A stretch of 64,000 nucleotides of DNA from the NCBI GenBank assembly GCA_000004985.1, contig GG738908.1; one strand, written 5' to 3'. Of this stretch, positions 54,701 through 64,000 are shown piece by piece. Source of the DNA: Naegleria gruberi. Lineage: Eukaryota. Every line of letters begins with the position of its first letter. The first letter of the stretch is position 1. Position numbers and translations under genes: made by a program. The notes under the pieces were generated by a model. That model was not told the origin of the DNA. It did no database searches and saw nothing but the letters and a program-made list of their open reading frames with translations.

Positions 54701-57332
54701 AAGAAAGTGAAAAAATTCACATTCAAGAATCTAGAGATATCCTAGGCCAAATTCTGCTTGGATGCTCTGTTGGATTTTCTACTATAATTCTAATTAGTAT
54801 CTCAATTTCAAGATTAGAAATGGAAAAATCTTCAATTATATTTAAACTATATAAAACCATTTCGAAGGATATTATTGGAGTTATTTTTCAAGAGTTGGAT
54901 AAGAAACATAAGAATGATGAGCTTAAAGGACTTAAAAAGAAACGACTTCCAAAACCAAAACATACAACAGTAATTGTTTCATTTATTATTATTGCAATAT
55001 TTTTGGTTTGTTCTGGAATTTTCTATCAGGAAATGTTGACAAATGTTGAAAGAGCAAATATTGCCATGCAAAATGTTGATATTGCATCTCTAATGATCAG
55101 AACAACCAATAGAATTACTCTGAGATTGAATGAAATGTTTTCCTATCTCAGTATTCCACTAGGAAAATCGGTAAATAATCCTGCTATTGTTACCGCTTCT
55201 GTTATTGCACAATACAGAGCAGATGTGAGAACATTTACAACAACTGTACAATCTCTATTCTCTCAATTAGTTTACGGAACTAACAGTACAAACTCAATTA
55301 TTGGCATTTACCCTAAAATTGATGAAATGTTAAAGGGAGATCCTACTTGTGATAATGTTACCTTATTGTATTGTGGAAGTTTGGAACAAATGGTATCAAT
55401 TTATACTATTTTGGGTGGAGGAATGTCTGAAAACTTTTTCAATCCAATCTATGCCAAAAACTCTAAAGAAGTGTTGAATTATCTTGTAAAAATGTATAAT
55501 ATGAACGATATGGTTTTCGAAAAGCTTGTTGATTTCATGGATTTGTTGGTTACCTATACTGGTCAAGCTAGTTTATCATCAACTATTGGACTTTTTATTG
55601 CTGGATTGATAGTCTTGTTAATTTCCAATTACACCATGTATTTATCTATTATTACCTATGACAGACAAGTTTCCAGTTTGAGAGGAATGTTGAACTATTT
55701 ACCTTACGAGTGGATTGAATCGAATGAAACTGTAAAGAATTTTGTTTTCTATAATTCCTTGCCACTCGTTAATCAAAGGAATAATTTAAAGAAGGGAAGT
55801 GATACACTCAACAATTTACTTCATTCCATGGTTGATGGTGCAGTGCTTTCTAACGAGAAGGGAGAAATTCTTCTATTCAACACTGCATGTCAAAGACTAT
55901 TCTCTAAAATTCCTTCAGAAGTAATGGGACTCAAATTCTACTCATTATTTGATAAGGCCAACGAATCTAAATTAATAGACATTGCCAGAAATTGTAGAGA
56001 TTACCTTGTTGAAGGAGAGAACAATAAGAATGGTGAAGTTATGGAGTTGAATTGTATCAGAAAGAATCTATCCACATTCCCTGCACAAGTTAATATTTTC
56101 GTCACAAGAGATGGTGATAATAAGGTTGTCATTGTATGCTTTATCAAGGATATTACTACAGAAAAGAAGGCAAATACATTACTAAGTGAAGAAAAGAAGA
56201 ATTCTGAAAAGTTGTTGAGAAATATTCTACCAGAATCTGTTGCATTGAAATTGAAGAGTGGTAACAGCTTTGTTGCTGAAAGATTTAATGATGTTAGTGT
56301 ATTCTTTTCAGATATGTAAGTATTCCACAATTATTATTATTCATAATATTCATATATATTCCATAATTATTATTCAATATATTAATATTACTCAAATTAA
56401 ATAGGGTTGGATTTACAGCATTATCATCGGATATGAATCCATCTGATTTGATATTACTATTGAATAATGTAGTGAATGGATTTGATGATTTGACTGACAA
56501 GTATGAATTGGAAAAGATTAAAACTATTGGAGATGCATACTTTTGTGTTGGAGGTTTACCAATCAATCCACAATCTGATCACCCTGAAAGAACGCTCCGA
56601 TTTGCTATGGATTGTTTTAGTGTAATTAGAGGATTCAACCAAGCTACAAATGGAGAGAAGGTTATCAATATTAGGTTAGTATTATTATTATTTGTAATAT
56701 TTAGGTAGATGTTAATATTGTTGTTGTGCTCATCCATCTATATAGAATTGGTATTAATACTGGATCAGTTGTAGCTGGTGTTATAGGAAAGAAGGTAAGT
56801 TTTTATAATTGTTATTAATAATATTCATGATGATAATTGTTGAATAGAAATTTGCATATGTGAGTGTTGTTATTATTAAAACATTATTAATTGTTTAATA
56901 TTTTCATACTGATGCTGAATGATGAATAATTATTATTAGGATCTGTGGGGAGTAAGTAAATTATAATTAAAATTCAAATACTAACCAAACATCAAGGATA
57001 CAATCAACACTGCCTCCAGAATGGAATCTAACAGCAAGCCAGGGCGTATTCAAATTTCACGATCAACCTATGAAAGGTATGTGTTAAAATCTTCTATTTG
57101 TTGATATATTATTCTACTTTATAGAGTGTACGATTTAGGATTTGAATTTGAAGAAAGAAGTATTGATGTGAAAGGAAAGGGTGTATGTACTTGTTACTTG
57201 ATGAATGAAAGGTATCACGATAATCCACTGGATATTCAAGTTGTTGGTAATAATACTGTTGTTCCACCTGTGGCTTCCGAGAATCCAATCATGACAGCCT
57301 TGTCTGATGACCAGACTTCATTGACACAATAA
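51759..57332 (+). CDS. Polytopic membrane class III nucleotidyl (adenylyl/guanylyl) cyclase with PAS domain, 8 or more exons: 51759..~52100 (frame change near 52000-52140), ..54651, 54696..56315, 56405..56674, 56745..56793, 56848..56859, 56940..56951, 56997..57076, 57134..57332.
   Basis: N-terminus 'MSESHDIGNSGALKHHHHQ', then about 10 TM helices, further TMs at about residues 700 and 900, and PAS 'MVDGAVLSNEKGEILLFNTACQRLF'. The cyclase core spans the introns: 'RFNDVSVFFSDM|VGFTALSS...KIKTIGDAYFCVGGLP...INIR|[59 protein letters not shown]...'. Donors are GTAAGT, GTTAGT, GTGAGT or GTATGT and all acceptors end in AG, as listed. Confidence 0.7.
56848..56951 (+). other. Two consecutive 12-nt microexons (56848..56859 'KFAY' and 56940..56951 'DLWG') within the cyclase catalytic domain.
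   Basis: ...gttgaatag|AAATTTGCATAT|gtgagt and ...attattag|GATCTGTGGGGA|gtaagt. Their inclusion restores the conserved cyclase segment GxxxP(R/K)YxLWGDTVN ('[22 protein letters not shown]'). Confidence 0.65.
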
Positions 57333-58963
57333 AAATTGTCATATATTGTGATGATATGAAGTTGTTTCTTGTTTTTTGTTATTGGTTTAAAAAGAATCTT
57401 GTAATATTTGAATTTGTTCTAATTGTCGGTAAAAATGGCCGCTTTACCAACATTAAAAAACAACAAAAAGAATTTATTTCTTACATCACCAGCAACAAGC
57501 CTAAAATCATCACCATGACAATAGCGGGGATCCTTGGGCATTCAATCTTTCACCCTAAGCAATTTCTTTGCACTAACCTTTGGCGTTACAGCAGTACCAG
57601 TGGAAGGAGAAGCTGAAGGAGTAGAGATTGGTATCCAAGATATCAATCATGAAAATGACTGAAGTCAAATTGGCAGCAAGTTCAGTAACAATACCCTTGG
57701 TAGCAGATGACAAGATATTTTTGATTGATTCAGAAGCTGCTGAGGTTGAGGTAGATGGATTGGAATGATATTATCGGTAACATCAAGAACTTGGATTCAT
57801 GGCACCTGTTAAAGTGGAGGATGTAAGATTACTCAAGATATTCAAAACTGTGTTAGATGATGTTGTAGTAATTTCCTTCGAGTTGACCGTAACCTTGGAG
57901 AGAACATCTAAAACTATTGCCATCAAAGGAATACTGTAAAGTTCCTGACTAGTGTTACCACCAATATTACAACATCTGATACAATGGAAAGTATGGCTGA
58001 ATCATTGAAATATGAAGCATCCAGTTATTCCTTTTTATTCCTTTTCATTCTCTGTAAATGTTGGACAAGTAGGCATTACTGCAGGTTAAAACACTACATT
58101 TGGACACATTCATCAAACATTCCAAATAATGCTGAATCTTATTATGCCAACAGTACTTTTATTGCGTTGACCAAGCAAGAATATGATTATCAATACAGAG
58201 AACACACCTCTCACTCTGGCATGTTCTGTTTGAGCCACCACTCTAGATGTCTTTATTTACAATTATAGATATGAATCTGAAGATCAATATCAATTGAATA
58301 CTTTTCGAAGAATTTCGGTATGATTTGAGTTTTCCAAGAGATTGATTGATTCACTCCCCTGCTGGTGCAAATCAAGATGTTAGAAATAAGTACAAGAAGT
58401 TCCTTGATTACTATTATGGTACCGCTGTTGTTACCAAGACCACAATGGGAGATGGTATCTTCTTTAAGCTTAACTTTAAGAAAGACCTTACCTACTCGTG
58501 ATTATTACCTGAAGAAGCTGTCTCAAGCATTCATTCAACACTCCTCTGTTGAATTCAACATACAAGGTGGTGCTTGAACTCCAGAAATTAATGACGTGAG
58601 ACCAACTGGTCCAAATGCTCTTAATATTATTGATTCTCCATAAGCTTACATGAGTTGGGAAGATTATGCTAGTTCTATCAAATATGATCCTTATCCAGTC
58701 AACTATGAATTGACCAATCACACCATCTTTGTTGAAAGGCCAAGCAGGCTACATTACACAGCCTATTATGAAGTCTGTTCTTGATGAATCAAGAAAAGTC
58801 AATCAAAAACCAGCATAGAAGAGGAAAGGAATATTAATAAATCAAGTTAATATTTAGAATTTCACTGAAACTTGTAAAACTATCCGTAATAATTTGTATT
58901 CGATTACAATCTCACTTTTGTTACGGATCAATCATTTTTCACTATTTTCAAACTCTTAAAAAA

Positions 58964-60526
58964 ATGACTGCACTCTTCATCTCTTTCCTTCTTCTCCTTT
59001 GCACATCACTGAAACTATCACATGCTACTACCTATCCAGTTTATAACATTTCCAATTTTTTGGGAGGTGGTAGTGTTTTAGGAGATGGTGGATTGGCTGT
59101 GAATGCCAAAGTAGAATATACTGAAGGAGTTGCAGTCAATTCTAAAGGAGAAGTATTAGTAGTACAGAATTTTTATGGTCGTGTTAGAAAGGTTGATAAA
59201 AATGGATATGTTACAACGATAGCAGGATTTGGAACTTCTGGTGATAGTAGTGGAAATGGAGGTTTGGCAACTAATGCAATGCTTGGCTACCCTGCAGGAA
59301 TTACAGTTAACGATAAAGATGAAATTTATCTTGTGGAATATGGAACTCACATGGTTCGAAAGATTTTGGTGAATGGAACAATTCAAGAATTTGCTGGAAT
59401 TTTAAATGGTGGAGGATTTGGAGGAGATAATGGATTGGCAACGAATGCTATTTTTAACCATCCGTATGGAGTTTCAGTTAATCCATTAACAGGTGATGTT
59501 TACATTTCAGATTTTTCGAATAATCGAATTCGTAAGGTAGATTCGAGTGGAATCATTTCAACATATGTTGGAACTGGAAATACAGAGTATGGAGCTGATG
59601 ACATTTTGGCTGTTAATGCTAATATTAACAGTCCTTATTATATTGCAACAGGTCCAAATGGTGATTTATACATCCCATTAGTAGGATCATCTAGAATTTG
59701 TAAAGTTTCGTATAGTACTGGAAAAATTACAACCATAGCAGGTACTGGAGCTTATGGGTATAGTGGAGATGGTGGATTGGCAATTAATGCTGTGATTAGA
59801 TATCCAAAAAGTATAGCCATAGGTAAACATGGTGAAATTTTTTTTACTGATTCGGATAATCAAGTCATTCGTCGAATTACTCCAGATGGAATCATTACAA
59901 CCATAGCGGGCACTGGTAATTTTGGTTATTCTGGTGATGGCGGTTTAGCAACAAGTGCTGATATCAGTAAGCCAACTGGAATAGCTGTAGATTCGAATGG
60001 AACCATTTACTTTTGCGATAATAACAATAATAGAGTTAGAAAGTTAGTTCCTTACTGTTTGGATGGAAAGCTAGTGAATGGAACTTGTGAATTTTCTTGT
60101 TTTGGAATCAAGAACAATCTTGCAACTGTTTGTAATGGTCATGGAAATTGTTTGGCCACAAATAGTTGTTTATGTGATTCTGGATGGAAAGGAAATGTAC
60201 AATGTTCTCAATTCAGTTGTGATGGTTTGAATAATTGCAATGGGCATGGCAGTTGTGTTTTGAATAATACTTGTCAATGTCAAGATGGTTGGAAAGGAAA
60301 TTTAGAGTGTTCTCAATATAGTTGTGAAAGAGTTAATAATTGTAATGGAAGAGGAGCTTGTGTAGGTGTCAATACTTGTTTGTGTGTTAGTGGATATTTT
60401 GGAAAAGAATGTCAATACAAAACCTGTTTTGCAAATAGTAACAATGAAATGCTAAATTATGGAAATAGACCATTTACCATGTCTGAAAGATTTTGTCAAA
60501 AGATAAATAAACAGTTATTGGTTTAA
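58964..60526 (+). CDS. Secreted NHL-repeat beta-propeller plus tenascin-type EGF-repeat protein (no TM or kinase within the ORF). Related in ectodomain architecture to the receptor kinase at 39822..44082.
   Basis: aaaaaaaATG at 58964, signal peptide 'MTALFISFLLLLCTSLKLSHA'. NHL blades 'VYISDFSNNRIRKVD', 'IFFTDSDNQVIRRIT', 'IYFCDNNNNRVRKLV'. EGF repeats 'CNGHGNCLATNSCLCDSGWKGNVQCSQFSC', 'CNGHGSCVLNNTCQCQDGWKGNLECSQYSC'. Confidence 0.65.
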   Translation: MTALFISFLLLLCTSLKLSHATTYPVYNISNFLGGGSVLGDGGLAVNAKVEYTEGVAVNSKGEVLVVQNFYGRVRKVDKNGYVTTIAGFGTSGDSSGNGGLATNAMLGYPAGITVNDKDEIYLVEYGTHMVRKILVNGTIQEFAGILNGGGFGGDNGLATNAIFNHPYGVSVNPLTGDVYISDFSNNRIRKVDSSGIISTYVGTGNTEYGADDILAVNANINSPYYIATGPNGDLYIPLVGSSRICKVSYSTGKITTIAGTGAYGYSGDGGLAINAVIRYPKSIAIGKHGEIFFTDSDNQVIRRITPDGIITTIAGTGNFGYSGDGGLATSADISKPTGIAVDSNGTIYFCDNNNNRVRKLVPYCLDGKLVNGTCEFSCFGIKNNLATVCNGHGNCLATNSCLCDSGWKGNVQCSQFSCDGLNNCNGHGSCVLNNTCQCQDGWKGNLECSQYSCERVNNCNGRGACVGVNTCLCVSGYFGKECQYKTCFANSNNEMLNYGNRPFTMSERFCQKINKQLLV

Positions 60527-60630
60527 GATTTCATGGTAACTTCGATTAGGTAAAGTGTTTTGGTCAGCATTATTAATTGCCATTTTGTTGTTGGTACCTG
60601 TCATTATCTCTGGTTTGGGATCCGCATGTA

Positions 60631-61177
60631 TTTAAGAGATTACTTAGTGAAGATTTATATCATTGATTATATTTCTTATCATCTATTAATGAACCTGTTG
60701 TGACTTCTAAGGCCAAATTCATTGGTAATGAGCTAGTAGAAACCATTATACTTTACAAATCATGTAACAGTGATACTACACAAAAAAACAAATTCCTAAC
60801 TGTTGGTGGATTTATTATTCAGAAAGATGATGTTGACAGATGCAGAATCATTGATTTGAAAATGTTTAACATGGGTGGATTTTTACAAAGCGATTTCATC
60901 TTTATTGAAAGTGTGACATGAAAATTAAAAAATGACTTAAAACTAGTTTTTATCCTTAATTGGTTGAATAACATTTTCATATAGTAAATTGAATGTTTAC
61001 TTTGGTAAAAACAAACCCTTGCAAACTGGTAATAAAACCAAAACCAAGAACCATTACTTTGGTACATAAATTCAAATGGGTTTGGTTAGGATTCAGAGTT
61101 GATTTATTTGGGTTATTTAAGAGATTACTTAGTGAAGATTCATATCATTGATTATATTTCTTATAATCTATTAATGA
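60631..61177 (+). repeat. Pair of 62-bp direct repeats (60631..60692 and 61116..61177, 60/62 identical) flanking about 420 bp.
   Basis: 'tttaagagattacttagtgaagatttatatcattgattatatttcttatcatctattaatga' against 'tttaagagattacttagtgaagattcatatcattgattatatttcttataatctattaatga'. The pair lies in a gene-poor stretch just before the terminal assembly gap. Confidence 0.7.
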
Positions 61178-64000
61178 TGTAAATTTGATGGTTTCATTTC
61201 GTATATTGATAGATATATAAAGGTCAGGTCAGTATCAACTTTTGAATTATGGACTTTGAGAAGTCAAATGTTTGGGACGTGAATCTACTCATTAGATTTC
61301 ATAGGTATTGCTAATAAAGGAACATTTCATTGATTTATTGATCATAACGGTCAAATTGAGTTGAATGGAAGTGAATCACATGTTGATTCATCGTGGTTGG
61401 GTAGTTTCGCCACGTAGTGGTGCAACTACCAACCTTTGTAGATTGAATCAGGTTGATTTGCATGCAATATGAATAAGTAACATTATCAAGAGTGATTATT
61501 CACCAATTCAATGACCAATATTCAATAATCGGTTTGATTCAATCAATAGCTTAATCATCAAGCTTTGAATATTAATATTCCAGTAATCAACGGCAGTCTA
61601 TTTTTAAATTTAATCAAAGACCATATATAGTATCTTGACTTTTATGATATGTAAACTATCTAGATGTGTTCTATATTGAATAATCTATATGAAAATGAGA
61701 AGAAATAAAATTAACTCTTAAATTGAGTTTATTTATATTACTATATATGGTATTATTTCTTACAGAGTCTTCCACAGAACCCACTCTTGAACTAATAATT
61801 GTACTAGAGCGTGTGAGAAACATAATGGTGGTGAAAGTGATCAGTAACTTGTTGAAATGACTGAGATGGAATGTAAACTATGGTCTAAATGTCATGTATT
61901 TGTAACTAGACAGTGTCAACTCCGCCAAAGTGCCTTAAAATAGATTGATATCATCAGATACACTTCTACGCACCACATATACCTCATAGAACGAGTTATG
62001 ACATTATATATTAGANNNNNNNNNNNNNNNNNNNNNNNNNNNNNNNNNNNNNNNNNNNNNNNNNNNNNNNNNNNNNNNNNNNNNNNNNNNNNNNNNNNNN
62101 NNNNNNNNNNNNNNNNNNNNNNNNNNNNNNNNNNNNNNNNNNNNNNNNNNNNNNNNNNNNNNNNNNNNNNNNNNNNNNNNNNNNNNNNNNNNNNNNNNNN
62201 NNNNNNNNNNNNNNNNNNNNNNNNNNNNNNNNNNNNNNNNNNNNNNNNNNNNNNNNNNNNNNNNNNNNNNNNNNNNNNNNNNNNNNNNNNNNNNNNNNNN
62301 NNNNNNNNNNNNNNNNNNNNNNNNNNNNNNNNNNNNNNNNNNNNNNNNNNNNNNNNNNNNNNNNNNNNNNNNNNNNNNNNNNNNNNNNNNNNNNNNNNNN
62401 NNNNNNNNNNNNNNNNNNNNNNNNNNNNNNNNNNNNNNNNNNNNNNNNNNNNNNNNNNNNNNNNNNNNNNNNNNNNNNNNNNNNNNNNNNNNNNNNNNNN
62501 NNNNNNNNNNNNNNNNNNNNNNNNNNNNNNNNNNNNNNNNNNNNNNNNNNNNNNNNNNNNNNNNNNNNNNNNNNNNNNNNNNNNNNNNNNNNNNNNNNNN
62601 NNNNNNNNNNNNNNNNNNNNNNNNNNNNNNNNNNNNNNNNNNNNNNNNNNNNNNNNNNNNNNNNNNNNNNNNNNNNNNNNNNNNNNNNNNNNNNNNNNNN
62701 NNNNNNNNNNNNNNNNNNNNNNNNNNNNNNNNNNNNNNNNNNNNNNNNNNNNNNNNNNNNNNNNNNNNNNNNNNNNNNNNNNNNNNNNNNNNNNNNNNNN
62801 NNNNNNNNNNNNNNNNNNNNNNNNNNNNNNNNNNNNNNNNNNNNNNNNNNNNNNNNNNNNNNNNNNNNNNNNNNNNNNNNNNNNNNNNNNNNNNNNNNNN
62901 NNNNNNNNNNNNNNNNNNNNNNNNNNNNNNNNNNNNNNNNNNNNNNNNNNNNNNNNNNNNNNNNNNNNNNNNNNNNNNNNNNNNNNNNNNNNNNNNNNNN
63001 NNNNNNNNNNNNNNNNNNNNNNNNNNNNNNNNNNNNNNNNNNNNNNNNNNNNNNNNNNNNNNNNNNNNNNNNNNNNNNNNNNNNNNNNNNNNNNNNNNNN
63101 NNNNNNNNNNNNNNNNNNNNNNNNNNNNNNNNNNNNNNNNNNNNNNNNNNNNNNNNNNNNNNNNNNNNNNNNNNNNNNNNNNNNNNNNNNNNNNNNNNNN
63201 NNNNNNNNNNNNNNNNNNNNNNNNNNNNNNNNNNNNNNNNNNNNNNNNNNNNNNNNNNNNNNNNNNNNNNNNNNNNNNNNNNNNNNNNNNNNNNNNNNNN
63301 NNNNNNNNNNNNNNNNNNNNNNNNNNNNNNNNNNNNNNNNNNNNNNNNNNNNNNNNNNNNNNNNNNNNNNNNNNNNNNNNNNNNNNNNNNNNNNNNNNNN
63401 NNNNNNNNNNNNNNNNNNNNNNNNNNNNNNNNNNNNNNNNNNNNNNNNNNNNNNNNNNNNNNNNNNNNNNNNNNNNNNNNNNNNNNNNNNNNNNNNNNNN
63501 NNNNNNNNNNNNNNNNNNNNNNNNNNNNNNNNNNNNNNNNNNNNNNNNNNNNNNNNNNNNNNNNNNNNNNNNNNNNNNNNNNNNNNNNNNNNNNNNNNNN
63601 NNNNNNNNNNNNNNNNNNNNNNNNNNNNNNNNNNNNNNNNNNNNNNNNNNNNNNNNNNNNNNNNNNNNNNNNNNNNNNNNNNNNNNNNNNNNNNNNNNNN
63701 NNNNNNNNNNNNNNNNNNNNNNNNNNNNNNNNNNNNNNNNNNNNNNNNNNNNNNNNNNNNNNNNNNNNNNNNNNNNNNNNNNNNNNNNNNNNNNNNNNNN
63801 NNNNNNNNNNNNNNNNNNNNNNNNNNNNNNNNNNNNNNNNNNNNNNNNNNNNNNNNNNNNNNNNNNNNNNNNNNNNNNNNNNNNNNNNNNNNNNNNNNNN
63901 NNNNNNNNNNNNNNNNNNNNNNNNNNNNNNNNNNNNNNNNNNNNNNNNNNNNNNNNNNNNNNNNNNNNNNNNNNNNNNNNNNNNNNNNNNNNNNNNNNNN

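Noticed and set aside
1-64000. Prokaryotic-style novel system (defence island, CRISPR array, toxin-antitoxin, operon)
   Set aside because: The sequence is unambiguously eukaryotic: spliceosomal GTAAGT...AG introns, mono-cistronic genes on both strands with A-rich Kozak contexts, and eukaryotic domain architectures (EGF, ANK, F-box, RGS, P450). There are no direct-repeat/spacer arrays and no Shine-Dalgarno-spaced gene runs.

Overview
This window is nuclear DNA from an AT-rich eukaryote (a protist), not a prokaryote. Genes are densely packed on both strands (~35 protein-coding genes plus one tRNA in ~62 kb of resolved sequence). Introns are short (40-150 nt) and almost all start with GTAAGT. 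Start codons sit in a strong A-run context (aaaaaaaATG). Many proteins carry Asn/Ser/Thr-rich low-complexity tracts. By eye the sequence is about one-third GC. The gene content (many receptor-type kinases, PAS-containing class III cyclases, P450s, sterol enzymes) suggests a free-living amoeboid protist such as a heterolobosean or amoebozoan, but I cannot determine the organism from sequence alone. There are no CRISPR arrays, operons or prokaryotic defence systems. The supplied ORF track opens ORFs at non-ATG codons (TTG/GTG/CTG are translated as M), so I re-derived starts and exon/intron boundaries by hand. There are three assembly gaps: 4088-4137, 28394-29134 and 61996-64000. Recognisable gene products include a sterol C4-methyl oxidase (ERG25/SMO), a Cys-type glutathione peroxidase, two cytochrome P450s, two tandem 7TM-RGS proteins, a large CTL/SLC44-like transporter, a CAP+EGF giant secreted protein, an ANK-coiled-coil-PARP protein, an EEP-family nuclease/phosphodiesterase, F-box and F-box/LRR proteins, and an RCC1-like protein. 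There are two receptor kinases: one with an NHL beta-propeller plus tenascin-type EGF ectodomain, and one with a Pmp-like beta-helix ectodomain. Two further NHL-repeat genes are present. The window also holds a DPPY-type SAM methyltransferase, a GH18-like hydrolase, a mitochondrially targeted P-loop NTPase, a tRNA-Ala(UGC)-like gene, and a large polytopic PAS-containing class III nucleotidyl cyclase. The cyclase catalytic core is interrupted by two consecutive 12-nt microexons. The most unusual structural feature is the first intron of the ANK-PARP gene. It is a tandem array of about eight complete mini-intron units, each with a GTAAGT donor and a TTAG acceptor, separated by phase-preserving 3-nt spacers.
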